Shown here: positions 1 to 12,875 of the stretch, piece by piece
Numbering within the stretch: position 1 is the stretch's first letter
Layout: every line of letters starts with the position of its first letter
Assembly (NCBI RefSeq): GCF_018977255.1
Contig: NW_024704743.1
Coordinates: 81,284,001 to 81,348,000 of the forward strand
DNA: 64,000 nt
Reading direction: 5' to 3'
DNA from: Callorhinchus milii
Taxonomy: Eukaryota
Notes under the pieces: model-generated
The model's input: only the letters and a program-made list of their open reading frames with translations
Database searches by the model: none
What the model was told of the DNA's origin: nothing
Made by a program: the position numbers and the translations under genes

Positions 1-980
1 TCTAATTGAGTGATAATTTTCACGCCTCTAGTTTTGTGTAGTGATGTGTTCTCAGAGAATTATACAGCATAGAAGGAGGCCATTTTGCCTATCGTGTCTG
101 TACCAGTTCTTTGAAAAGAGCTATCCAATTCAATCCCGCTCCCCCGCTCTCCCCATAGCCGTGCAAACTTGTCCTCCCCAAATAATTATCTACTTCTCTC
201 TTAAAAGCTGATATTGAATTGGCTTCCACCACCTTTTCAGGCAATGCATTCCAGATCCGAACAACTTGCTGTGTTAAAAAAAAATTCTCCTCATCTCCCC
301 TCTGTTTCTTTTAACAATTTTTTAAATCAGTGTCCTCGGGTTACCAACCCACTCACCAGTAGAAATAGTTTCTCCTTGGTCACCCTATCGAATCCCCTTA
401 TAATTTTGAAAACTTCTACTAAGTCTCCTCTTAACTTTCTCTGCTCCGAGGAGAATAATCCTAGCTTCTTGAGCCTCTCCTGATAACTGAAGTCCCTCAT
501 TCCTGGTCCCATTCTGGTAAATCTCCTTCGCAACCTCTCCAATTCCTTGACATGCTTCCTAAAGTGTGGTGCCCAGAACTGAACACAATACTCTAGCTGA
601 GGCCGAACCAGTGTTTTATAGAGATTCATCATACCTTTTGTATTCTATGCCCCTATTTATAAAGCCTAGTATCCCGAATGTTTTTTTTAACAGCTTTATC
701 TATCTGTTCTGCCACCTTCAAAGATTTACTTATATGAACCCCAGGTCTCTCTGAACCTTCATCCCCTTTAAGATTGTACCATCAGCTTATATTGCCTCTC
801 CTTATTCTTCCTCTCAAAATGCATCACCTTGCATTTCTCCACATTAAACTTCATCTGCCACGTGTCTGCTCATTTTACCAGTCTATTTATGTCCTCTTGC
901 AGTCCGCTACTATCCTTCTCACTGTTTACTACTTTTCCTAGCTTAGTATCATCTGCAAACTTAGAAATTGTACTCCCTAT

Positions 981-1582
981 TACAACAACAACTAAATTAC
1001 ATTTATAGAGAGCCTTTCACGTAGGGAGGACATCCCAAAGCGCTGAACAGTCAGGGGTCAGGGCCCAAGTATGGGGGAGGGGTGTTGTAGGGGTGAGGGA
1101 AGGCAGAGAGGTGGGGGGGGAGACCAAAGGCACGGTCGAAGAGAAGTGTCTTGAGACCGGCCTTGAAGGAGGCAAGGGAGGAAGCGAGGCGAAGGGACTA
1201 TGGGATGGAGTTCCAGAGTGTGGGGACAGAGAGGCTGAAAGCCCGGTCACCGATGGTAGGGCGGGTCGGGCGGGAAACATGGAGCAGGCAGGAGCCCACT
1301 GAACAGAGGGAGTGGGCAGGTGGTAGGGAGTCAACAGGTCAGAGAGGTAGGAGGAGGCCTTGGATGGCCTTAAAGTTGAGGACGAGGATCTTGAACTCGA
1401 TCCTCTGGGGGATGGGGAGCCAGTGGAGCCGGACGAGGGTGTGAGTGATGAGGTCGCAGAGCCTGGTGCGTGAGAGTACATGAGCTGCAGAGTTTTGGAT
1501 GATTTGCAGCTTGTGAAGGGAAGAGTTGGGAAGGCCGATGAGGAGGGAGTTCCCGTAATCGAGCCTTGATGTGACAAATGTA
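981..1582 (-). mobile_element. 5'-truncated L2 LINE nested in the CR1 RT
   Basis: [47 protein letters not shown], 3' hairpin and (TTG)n tail. Confidence 0.9.
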
Positions 1583-4334
1583 TATACCCAAGTCCAGGTC
1601 ATTTATATAGATCAAAAACAGCAGTGGTCCCAATACTGAACCCTGGGGGACACCACTGCACACTTCCCTGGTGTCAGAAAAGCAACCGTTCACCACCACT
1701 GCCTGCTTTGTGTCTCCCAGCCAGTTCTGTATCCATGCTGCCACTGTTCCTTTACTACCGTGGGCTTCTATTTTGCTTACAAGTCTCTTATGTGGCACTT
1801 TATCAAACACCTTTTAAAAATCTATATAAACGGCATCAACTGCACCAACTTCATCCACCCTCTCCGTTACTTCATCAAAAAACTATTAGGTTTGTTAGAC
1901 ATGATCTGCCTTTAACAAATCCGTGTTGGATGTCCTTTATTAACTCATATTTTTCTAAGTGAAAATTTATTTTGTCCCAGATTATAGTCTCTAGAAGTTT
2001 CCCCACTACTGACGTTAGTCTGACTGGCCTGTAGTTTATCCTTCTCCCCCTTTTTGTTCAGTAGAGTAATATTTTCAACCCTCCAGTCCTCTGGCACCAC
2101 CCCGGTGTCCACAGAGGATTGAAAGATTGTGACCAGAGCCTCCATTATTTCCACTCTTACTTCCCTCAGTAACCTAGGCTGCATCCTTGTCCGGACCAGG
2201 TGACTTATCTACCTTGAGCTCAGTCAACCTTTTTAGCAGCTCCTCTCAGTTTATTCTTATCTTATCCAATATCTCTACCCTCTCCTCTGATACTGTGGCA
2301 TTGGCTGCATCCTCTTCTTTTGTAAGACAGATGAAAGTACTCATTCAGTACGTCAGCCATGCCCTCTGTCTCCACAAGAAGATTTCCTCTTTGGTCCCTA
2401 ATTAGGGGCCTGTGACTAACCTTTTATACTGTATATGCTTATAAAATACTTAGGGTTCCCTTTTATGTTACACATTAATCTTTTCTCACACAATCTCTTT
2501 GCCCCTCTTATTTCCTTTTTCAATTCACCTCTGTACATTCTATTTGATTATCTTCTGTATTTTGGACCTGACTTTATAATAAGCCTCCTTTTTCTGATTT
2601 ATTTTAATCCCAATTTTCTTATTTATCCAGACAGGTTTGGATGCCCTACCTTGCCCCTTTGTGGGAACGTATTTGTTCTGCTCTCGAACTATCCCCTCCT
2701 TCAAGACTTCCAATTGCTCATTAGTTGTTTTACCTGCCCAATCTTTTTAACTCACTGAAATTAGCCAACTTCCAATTGAGTATCTTCACCTGTGATTGCT
2801 CCTTGCCCCTTTCCATAAGTATTCTAAACCTAATGATGTTGTGATCACTGTTGTCCACATGCTCTCCTACTGAAACCTGCTCCACTTCATTTCCCAGAAC
2901 TAGATCCAGCATTGCTTCCTTCTTAATTGGGCCGGAAACATACTGATCCAGAAAGTTATCTCGCACATATTTCAGGAATCCTTCCCACTCCTTGCCCTTT
3001 ACAGTGTTATTTTGCCAGTCTAGGTTAGGATAATTGAAGTCCTCCATTATCACTATATTGGTTTTGCATCTTTCTGAAATCTGCTTGCAGATTTGCTCAT
3101 CTATCTCCTTCCCACTATTTGGGAACATAGTAACAGCTCCTTTTCTGCTCCTTAACTCTTAACCAAATAGATTCTATTTTTTTCCCTTCCCTATCCCACC
3201 CGAATACGTTGTAGTCAGGAATATTCAGCTCCCATTCCTACCTTTGTTTGAGCCAGGTCTCCGTTGTTGCCACTACATCATAACCCATGTGGTAACTCAA
3301 GCATCAGCTCACCAACCTTATTTGTCACACTCCATGCATTTACGCATATGCACTCCAAGACCGACTTAGTCTGTTTTGTATTTCTTCCCCGTCTAATCCC
3401 TCCTTTTTCTGAATTACTCCTTATTACATTGCTATTCGTCTCTCACAGCCCTCTATGTAACTTGTTTGTCCTCTCTAATGCTACGTTTCCTTCCCTGATT
3501 CCCTTACACCTCAAAATTAGTTTAAACCCTTCCCCACAGCACATCTCAACCTCCCTGTGAGGACATTGGTCCCAGCCTTATGCAGGTGTAACCCATCCAC
3601 CTTGTACAGGTCCACCTGCCCCAGAACTGGTCCCAATGATCCAGGAACCTAAAGCCGTCCTTTCTGCACCATCTCTCCAGCCTTGCATTTCATGTGTTTG
3701 ATCCTGCTATTTTAATACTCATTTGCACGAGGCCCTGCGAGTAATCCAGAGATCACCAACTTTGAGGTACTACCCTTTAGTTTTTTTTCCTTAGCTTCTG
3801 ATACTCTCCCTGTAGGATCTCAGCCTTTTTTTCCCTACATTATGGATCCCAACATGGACTACGACTTCTGGATGTTCCCCTTCCCCCTGTAGAAGGTTTT
3901 GCACCTATTCTGTGTTGTCTTCAACTCTGGCACCAGGGAGGCAACATACCATGCGAGAGTCACATCTTTCGTTGCAGAAATGCCTTTCTACTCTTTTCAC
4001 CATTGTGTCCCCAATGGCAATTGCATTCACACTCTTCCCTGTGTCCCCCTGTGCATCCATTTGCTTTTGACTCCCCTCCCCAGAGGTGTCATCACCCTGA
4101 TCGGTATTCAGTGTAGAGAACCGGTTGTGAGTGCCACACTCTCGGGATTTCTGCACTGCCCATCCCCTCTTCCTACCATGCTAGGTGGTCACCCACTCAT
4201 TCTCCTTGTGAACCCTCTGTAGCTGTGGGGTGACCACCTCCTGAAATGTTCAATCCATGAACTTTTCAGCCGCCCATATGCTATGAAGTGACATCAGCCT
4301 CTCCTCAAGCTCAGAAACTCTGAGCTCGAGCATC

Positions 4335-4470
4335 TAACATAACATGTAGGAGCAGGAGTAGGACCTTTGAGCCTTCCCTGCCATTCAATCATGGCTGATC
4401 TTCTAATCTACCTCCAGCTAATAACCTAACCCTGCCTTATCCCCATATCCCTTAATCCCTTTTGCAATAA
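4335..4470 (-). mobile_element. 3' end of a second CR1-like family inserted in CR1 ORF1
   Basis: taggagcaggagtagg...ccattcaatcatggctgatc...ccccatatccctt interrupts ORF1, which resumes on both sides; family assignment from memory. Confidence 0.6.
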
Positions 4471-6084
4471 GGAGGTACTTTCTGTCTATCCAGAGCACAC
4501 AAAGCATCCTGGAGTTCCCACATGGCACACATTGTGCATGCAACCGATCTCAGCTGCCCTGACATATTCCCAGACATGTTTTATATTATTTTAATAACTA
4601 TTATATATTTCATAATAATGCACCTCTTTCCCCCTCTACACCAAATTCCCACTCTCACCAAATTCCTCAATTTTATAGAACTCTCACTCTGTTCCACCTC
4701 ACTCAGTTCCCTCCTTATGCTGCTGGGCTCTCCTATTAGTTCTATAAAATTAAACCTCAAACTTGCTGAAGTCAAATCTTTATAAATTTGTAAAATGTGC
4801 AGTTGCTTTGGAGGTATGTTTTTATTGTTTCTTTAATGGATTCACACAAATTTCTTAAAACATTTTTTATTGCATTCATTTATTCAGTGGTAAGGTTTAA
4901 ATGAAAGGCCAGTCAGCAGAGCCGCGTATAGCACATGGTTAATGTTCTTCCCTTTTATGTGGGCAGAATTCCAATCAAGCACAAAAGATAGATAAAAATC
5001 TCTTTTTGGTGGACACTATTGAAGATGATAAATTATTTGAGCTTTGTGGCAGTCATATCCCTCTTTCTAAGTGGAACAACTGTGACAATATGTACTTGTA
5101 ATGGGATTTTGTCATTATAAAACATACATCATCAAAGTTGTTAGTTGCTGCACTTGGTGGCAAGAGGAATTTCTCATCCTATATATCTCCATTCAGTCTT
5201 CAGAGAGTCTGGATTTGAGCTAGGAAACTGCCAAGAAATTTGTACATCAGATTACGGAAAACTGAAGTCCTATGATTCAACAATCTAGCACTGATGGGAA
5301 TTAACTAGCAAATTGTACTCAAAGAGTACACATTGAGAGATGATGTCTGAATTGGCTATTTCAAACTGGTGCAGTTTGTTAGAGTTGAGGCATGTAGAGA
5401 GAGTTTTACATTACGATTGTTGTTGTAGTTTGTGTGCTGGAAGTCCTGAAGGCAAACCTATGGATGGTCGTCTGATCTTGGTGTGCAGTTACGTTCTTGG
5501 CTGGCCGCAAAACACACAGTCATCATGTGACGCTCAGCCCGGGAAGTAGTTATTGTTCTACAATTGGCCTGTGTTAGGTGTAGTGGAGGAGGTCATAGAA
5601 TCAGCTAGGGTTCCCTCTCCTGATTTCTGCCCGGAGACCCCTATTAGAAAGTGCGTACATATCACGTGAAGAATGGTCACTCGAAGTGAGGTCTTGGAAG
5701 CTTGACCAGTGCCACCAGGAGAGTGGAGAAAATTGATTAAAAAGTAATTGAGAGATTCGATCTGATTTCTCTGGATGTTTTGCAGTAATTTTCCACGTAG
5801 TAGTAATTCTGGCACAAATCTAGTGGCAGCTGCTCCCTTTAACGACAATATTTGCTGCCTCCATTTTGCCCAGCTCCTCTTTCCAGTTACTGATAACCAA
5901 GGATAACCGATTACTAATTATCGCTAGAAAATTGTCAAAATATTTGCCCAAAATGTCAGGGAAATTTGATAAATTTTGCGTAACATTGTGGAATGATTTG
6001 ACGCTAGCACAGACCCAAGGGGCCGATTGGTTCGTTTCCACCCCGCACTACATTTGTAGCCAGTGTCCACTGCCTCTCCCCTCA

Positions 6085-6660
6085 CGCATTCATTACATCT
6101 AGGCTATACTACGCCAACTCCCTGCTTGTTGGCCTTCCCAACTCTTTCCTTCACAAGCTGCAGATCATCCAGAACTCTGCAGCTCATGTCCTTTCCTGCA
6201 CCAGGCTCCATGACCCTATCACCCCTACCCTCACCTGGCTCCACTGGCTCCCAATCCCCCAGAGCATAGAGTTCAAAATCCTCATCCTCGTCGTCAAGGC
6301 CCTCCATGGTCTTGCTCCTTCCTATCTCTGTGACCTGCTAACCCCATATAAACCTGTCCACTCCCTCCGCTCAGCAGACTGTGGCCTGCTCCACATCCCC
6401 TGCCCGTCCCGCCTCACCATCGGCCCTTCGGCCTCTCTAGCCCCATCTTTTGGAACTCCGTCCCACATACCCTTCACCTTGCTCCCTCCCTTGCCTCCTT
6501 CAAGGCCTGTCTCAAGACCCGATTCTTTGACCGCGCTTTGGTCACTTTCCCTGCCCTCCACCCCTCCTGATCCCAATCCCCAGCTTGCGTCCAATCCCTA
6601 ACTGTCTAGCGCTTTTGGACGTGAAAGGCGCTATACAAATGTAATTTGCTGTTGTTGTTT
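6085..6660 (+). mobile_element. 5'-truncated L2
   Basis: AFITSRL..ANSLLVGLP..LHWLP..EFKIL in broken frames; tail gtgaaaggcgctatacaaatgtaa..(GTT)n. Confidence 0.88.
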
Positions 6661-6832
6661 GATGTCCACCTGAACAGGCAGATGGGACCTTTAATGTCTC
6701 ATCCAGCTCTTCCCAGCACTGGACTGGATTATCAGCCTAGACTATTAGCTTTGGAGTCCCAACATGGGGCTTTAATACCCAACCTTCTGACTCAGAGATG
6801 AGAGTGCTAGCAGCAGAGCCACGCTGACACCT
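6660..6832 (-). mobile_element. Older tRNA-head Deu-type SINE fragment
   Basis: Reverse complement contains gcactctcatctctgagtcagaaggttggg and gtcccatctgcctgttcaggtggacatc, shared with copies at 12876, 53970, 58018. Confidence 0.65.
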
Positions 6833-8840
6833 TACCTTTTGTGATCAGTAAGTGAACCCTGTCTATGGCCACGTGAGTCTCAGATCTAGACAACCAGTTC
6901 TCTCAGTCTGTGGCATTCTGTCATAAGTACCTTCACAAGTTTGTTCCTTGGTTAAACATTGGCACACATTGCTTGGTGGAACAGAGGTGTACATTGATCA
7001 GCGGCATCTACTTACGTCCAGATTGTAGAACAATGCTACTTCTGGTGCAGGAACAATTCTAAGTCAGCCAGTGCTAAGATTATCCCAGTAACCAATAAGG
7101 ACTTGCCTTTTGTCTGTTTATGGACCGTGGAAGATTCACCTGCTAAAATATTTCACAAGATCACACATGCTAAAATATAACCAGTTGAAATCTAAGAAGC
7201 ACTTTTAAAAACAAAACAAAGTTATTATTGCATATTATTTTCTGTCTGTCTGTTCTGGTCTTTCTGTGTCAAGCTCTGCCTCTAGGTTCTATAGTTAAAG
7301 GGAGCCACAATGCTTCCGAATACCACTGTCCATTCCCAAGAAGAAATGGCCCCCAAAGGCTTCCGAGTCACTTCTGCTTTGGAACTGAAATGGTACTTCA
7401 GACCAGTGGGACCCACTTCTTGGCTGAGAAAGCAGGCATGTAAACTGCAGGAATGGCTATGCCAGTGCTAATCCATACGTTGCCACTCCAAAGCATGCAG
7501 GAGCTCTGCAGCCCTCTGACTGGTTGTCACCATAGTGGTACATGATTCTGTGCCAGTATTCTCCTAGTGTGAGGAACCTGCTTCTTGTCACATTGTGCAT
7601 AGCATCTTGCATCTAGCTGCAAAGCGCCAGGTCACGCAACCAGCACCAAACAGCAAATATTTCCAATATTTGGAATATATCTTTTCAGGTACTGTAAGTT
7701 GTACACAACGTAAAGTATATCACACACATTGCTTTCTCTTTTGCAGGACTACCTCTACTGCTCCCTATTTAACAGCATAATCACACAGAGGAAAGAGGGA
7801 GCAAACAAAACTCACAGTGCATGTGGGAACTCTGGAGCCGGATTCTCAACCTTATAGGGAGTCTACAACCTGCAGCAAGTCATGGTGATGGCACTGAGAC
7901 GCAAAGTGGAAACATAACCAGGATGTTTGGACTGTTTCTCTAAATTGCCAGCAAATTGTTGAACTGTGTGATCATTCCCGTGTGTTGCAATACCATTAAA
8001 ATGAAGTCTTTACGTCACTAACCTCAGAGAGGTTGTTGTCTTGTCCTTTATTGAATTGGTTTCTCAGGCACTTTTAATAAGGGACACTGGGAGTGAAGTA
8101 GTTTTGTATTGTACCGAATGAAACCCGACTGTCTGAATAGACAAGTTGGTGCGTGGTCTTAGGAAACCGCTTTATGACAGCATCTTATTTTCAACAGCTT
8201 AGCTGTTATTTTGCACCTAATCCTTCAGAATATGATATTTAAAAATAATAGTGAAATGTTCAGTAACATGTGTTTGGTACTCTTGGTGTACATATTTGGA
8301 TTGAAATTCCAGTCAGTGTTATGCAATGTGTAATAATAGAGGTGAAATCCAATTACTGACTGACATTACCAAAGTGCCACATGTAGCACTGACCTGAATC
8401 TAAGACAATTGACTGCAGTATACAAATGAGATCATCCTAGTGTCCTTTGTAAGACAAAACATGCCTTTTGTCTGAAGCGGTGATGAAGGATGTTTTTCAA
8501 GGATGTTGCGGTGATGACAATTTTTCTTTTCTAAATATCAGCAGTTGTAACCCAAAACAACAGGAAAAGGATTCATAATGGGTGCTTCACTGTCAAGCTT
8601 TGGTGTCAGTCACAAATCATATGACTGATTGTAGCTTCATTGATATACACTCTAGACATTTTGACGTAACGCTGCTGATCTGCACATCAGGGGTTAATAT
8701 CTCATATAGGAAATTATTTAAAAATATGTTCATGATGCTATTTTGTCCCGTGTTGCTTTGTTTTGTTAACAATTACAAATGTTTAAGGTTAGAAAATACC
8801 CAGGTTGTGCAGGAATAATATTTGATTGTATCGGTTACAG

Positions 8841-8996
8841 GTTCACAATTTACATGCAAATCTTCAGCAATCGCAGACATTGTGATTCTTGTGGATGGCT
8901 CCTGGAGTATTGGCCGACTTAATTTCCGACTAGTGCGACAGTTTTTGGGAAACTTGGTTAGTGCTTTCAATGTTGGGTCTGACAAAACAAGAATAG
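8841..8996 (+). CDS. COL14A1: COL14A1 exon, vWA1 start with MIDAS DGSWS
   Basis: ttacag|GT...ATAG|gtaag; [51 protein letters not shown]; 156 nt, phase 1-1. Confidence 0.93.
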
Positions 8997-9664
8997 GTAA
9001 GTTTACCTTCTAAAGTTTCTTTGAACATATCAAGAAATGTTATTATTTTTGTAAAGATTTTGAGCTGTTGTACTTCAGGGGTTTGCATGTGGATTTAAGA
9101 TTATTTGAAATGATTTACAATTTCTATTATTTTCTCATTTGTGAATTTCCGCTTGCTCTTTATGCAGGATTCTGCATGTGAGTTGGATGTGCTGTCTGCA
9201 TATTTTCATGACTTCAATGCTATTCTTGGAAGTGTGTGGAATTCACATCGGATGCTCAGCATCTCCTCCACATAGGGAGGCATCTTAACTATATCCAGTA
9301 CATCTCCCAGATTTTCTTTTCCCCTTCACCACCACTCCTCCCCACCACCAAATAAACTGCAAAAAAAATACCCATTCGGGTAATCTGGTGCCTCAATCCA
9401 GGCTTGCTGTGGTGAAAGTACCACATATATGTAGTCTATCCCTCCTACTAACTGTTGTGCAATGAGGCCAAGAGGCAGTGCAGGCACGAATTCCATCTAC
9501 TCTCCAAATGGCCAGCAAATGCTCTTACACCTCTCCCACAAACTGTGCCTGTGACTGGGCTCTAGCTGTACAGTGAATGGCTAGCTCTCCTTTGACTCAG
9601 CACATTGCTCCATTTGCAGGCTGTGCTGTCAAGCTGCTCAGATGAATTCCTTCCCTTCAAAACT

Positions 9665-9895
9665 TATCATAGAATTATACAGCACAGAAGAAGGCCATTC
9701 AGCCCATTGTGTCTGTGCTGGCTCTTTGAAAAGACTGTCCAAATTAATCCCACTCCCCCGCTCTTTCTCCACTCCCCAAAGCCCTGTACAGCGCCTTGGC
9801 ACGTCCTCCCGATGTGAAAGGCGCTCTATAAATGAAATCTTGTTGTTGTTCTTGTACACTTCTCCCAAATAATCATCTACTTTTCTTTTAAAAGT
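9665..9895 (-). mobile_element. CR1 3' end interrupted by an opposite-strand L2 tail (about 9784-9850)
   Basis: Aligns by eye with 57-205; insert gcgccttggcacgtcctcccgatgtgaaaggcgc..(TTG)n. Confidence 0.75.
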
Positions 9896-10499
9896 TGTTT
9901 TAAATCTGAACATCTAGTTACTAATAAGTTACGCAATTGATTTAAGCACTGGAAACTATAAATGTTGCTGAGTCAGAAAGTTAAGTTGAATTAACTTTAC
10001 CTTTATGGTCATAAAGAGCATAATAAAGTTCTGATGTAGAGGGCCACCCACCATTGTTCATTCAGTAAGTGTATCGTAAAGCAGTGAGCAGGACATGGAT
10101 GCTTCTCTTTGGCAGCTTAATTATTTACTGACTATTTTTCTATAAGAAGGGGAGGAAGAAAGCGACTATTCAGTAATTCTGAAATTAAAGCATTTTAAAA
10201 GGCCTGGGAAATGGTTGACCTTCTGACCACAGCAGCATTTGCTATAAGTCAAACTGTTCTCTGAACTACGCTGTATGTTATTTTGTGTGCTCACAGAGTG
10301 CTGGTAGTATCAACAAAATAATTAATTGTTAAACACAGAAAGTAAAGTGGGTGACAAAGGCTATTTGATGGGTATATGTGCATTGTGTTGGATTTTAACA
10401 GATGTTTACTTAGTATACACACTCTTAATGTAAGTATTTTGCTTAATTGTGAATTATCACAACACATAAATTAAGCCTTTAAATGCTCCACTATTGCAG

Positions 10500-10619
10500 G
10501 CCTGGCTCAATACAGTGGGGATCCCAGGATCGAATGGTATCTAAATCAATATGAAACAAAGCAAGCTGTATTGGATGCTGCTAGAAATCTTCCTTATAAA
10601 GGCGGCAACACACTTACAG
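10500..10619 (+). CDS. COL14A1: COL14A1 exon, vWA1
   Basis: ttgcag|GC...ACAG|gtacc; [40 protein letters not shown]; 120 nt; not in ORF track. Confidence 0.95.
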
Positions 10620-10799
10620 GTACCCGAATGCTAAATACTATGTATTATCCTAAATGAGTAGCTTCTTTCAATTAGAAGTAAAGTGGGGGCTCTCAGTCAC
10701 ATTGTAACTATGAATGTTGATATCTGGGCTACATGCCAGAGAAAAAGGGGAAACTTGACTTTTTAGCTTTTACCTTGGAACTAGTAAAGACCATTGAAC

Positions 10800-11030
10800 C
10801 ATAAAAACAGAGTTTACAGCACAGAAAGAGGCTGTTGAGCCCATTGTACAGGTGCTGGTTCTGTGATAGAGCTATCTGTTTAGTCCCATTTTGCTGACAT
10901 AAAATTATAAACAGTTACAGCACAGAAACAGGTCTTTTGGGTTTTCATATTCATGGTGGGTCTGCCAGAGCTATTGGTTTGGTCTCATTCTCCTGCTACA
11001 GTCGTAGAAATTTACAGTACAGAAGGAGGG
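10800..11030 (-). repeat. Three consecutive short CR1 3'-end fragments
   Basis: ttacagcacagaaa/ttacagtacagaag motif recurs near 10814, 10915 and 11012. Confidence 0.6.
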
Positions 11031-12254
11031 AGCTGGGATAGAGTAGGAAGAGAAGACACTGGATAGAAATGATACAATCATTGAAATACAATTTGGAACT
11101 TCAAGGAATCCCCTGAGTTAAGGCTCCATATTTGGATTTATAAACCTCGATCCTGGGCTACACCAGAAAACTGACATATAGCATAAAATGTTAGTCTCCT
11201 GAACTTTCTGCAGTCACAAGCAGCCAACTGACTGGAGAAACCAACTGTGGGGGAATCGGAGACTAAGAGAAGCGAGTTAGTGTAAGCAAAGGCATAAGAG
11301 TGGCGTTTATTCAGGAATTAGTAACAAATTTCTGTGTATTCCTTAAAGAATGAATTGTCTTAATTAACACATGGAACTCTTTAAGGAATCCTGCAAATTT
11401 TACCCCTATTTTCACTATTCATTGTCTTTGTAATGTGATTTCCTATGATAAATATGTAGCAAAGAGATCAATACTTTTAGTGTTGATCGTACATTAACTT
11501 GGATTAGCTTGCTCTGCCTGTAAGGGACTTGTTTGTGCAGTGGCTAGTGAAGATTAAAGATAAGGCATTTTGACCCTGCAACCATTGGATTTGATCACTA
11601 ATAATTTGTACTTATATAACGTCTTTCACATAGGGAGAAGGAATCAAAGTGCTTAGATAGGTGGTTTAGAAGCTCGAGTTGGGAGAGACATGATGGATTG
11701 GTGGAGAAGAGGTGTCTGAAGGTGCAGTCAAAGACATAGATCTTTAGGTTAATTTTGAAAGCAGAGAGGGTGGGGTGAAGCAATGGGATTTGAGAAGAGA
11801 GTCTGAAATTGTTTTCCACATCAAAATCACAAACTCTTCCAAAAGCAGTGCAATTCACACGTCAGGAACTTTCTTGGTTCTAATTTCCTTTTACTGATCT
11901 GTTCGTATCTTAGCCAGAAATTTTATTTGCTTAGCTTTATGCTTTTGCTGTTACACAGGTTATCTGGATTGAAATCTGGACATAATTATAGGCCAAGTTA
12001 AACAAGGTTTAGATCAGACAGATGGACTGGACATGTCTGTGCAGGGTGATGGTAGCTTTGTCTCTACTGTTTGGGGCCAGCACTGAATCTGTGTGCGTAT
12101 GTTGAGAAAGAGCCAAACAATGAAGAATGAACTGCTTTGAGCTGCCTGCTGATGCAGTTATTCCCTTTAAGGTGCCACTGTCTTCATGGGTAAATGTTTG
12201 GCAAATCTTTCTTTGTTTGGTTGAGGGAAAAAGACAATAGGGATTATTTATTAA

Positions 12255-12401
12255 ACAAAATGCAAAATACTGCAGATGCTAGAAATCTAAAACAAAAACA
12301 GAAGTCGCCGGATACACTCAGCAGGTCAGGTAGCACCTATGGAGAAAGGAAAGTGAGTCAACGTTTTGTGTCCACAACGTTTCAGGTTCTGATGAAGGGT
12401 T
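12255..12401. mobile_element. Foldback element fragment, probably Penelope-related
   Basis: aaaatactgcagatgct..aaatct..aaaaacagaagtc..cactcagcaggtcagg; same family as 58832-58950, where it occurs in both orientations. Confidence 0.55.
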
Positions 12402-12875
12402 GTTATTTATTTATTAAGGACTTACTGTCAATTCTCAATTTATTTTTGCATTTTTATTAAATAGTGAGCCCCTATATCCATTGCAGTAAAGTTTGACGAC
12501 CATCCTCCCCAAAAAGGTTATGAAAGGTCATTAAAATTTGCAGGATTATTTATTTATCATTCTAAGCACCTAGCGTTTCTGACTAAAGCACAAACACAAA
12601 ACTAAAAGGAAACTGCAATAAAGGGGTAAAAATGCCAGTCAGACTGTCAACACTCAATTTATTTTTGCAGATGGTGTTTTATTAATCAGTGAGCCCCTAT
12701 ATCATTTGCAGTAAAGTTTATATTTTACATTGCTAAAAGTAGAGATTAGTTTGCTGGGACTCTACACTGACATTTCCCAGTGGGACGTTGTAGTAAGTTG
12801 ATCACATTTGCCAGTGCTCAGTGTCAAAATGATTCCCCCACCTCCCCCGATTCCGGTTATGAAGGTCCAGGTGTC

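Larger units (their letters stand above)
55..4740 (-). mobile_element. Near full-length degenerate CR1-clade LINE with two nested insertions
   Basis: ORF1 start MSGQLRSVACTMCAMWE at 4565, leucine-zipper-like LELRVSELEERL, esterase-like IAIGDTMVK..CLPGARVED (3905-4156). ORF2 endonuclease EDFNYPNLDW/LDLVL/SDHN (2730-3128), [59 protein letters not shown]. 3' UTR ends near 55. Many stops and frameshifts; 5' limit approximate. Confidence 0.9.

Noticed and set aside
1017..1810. Long ORFs (186 aa, 146 aa) as novel genes
   Set aside because: Alternative-frame or chimeric read-throughs of nested L2 and CR1 fragments.
7747..7856. Possible upstream COL14A1 exon after a pyrimidine tract and ttgcag
   Set aside because: Two frames stop early and the third has no resemblance to collagen XIV.
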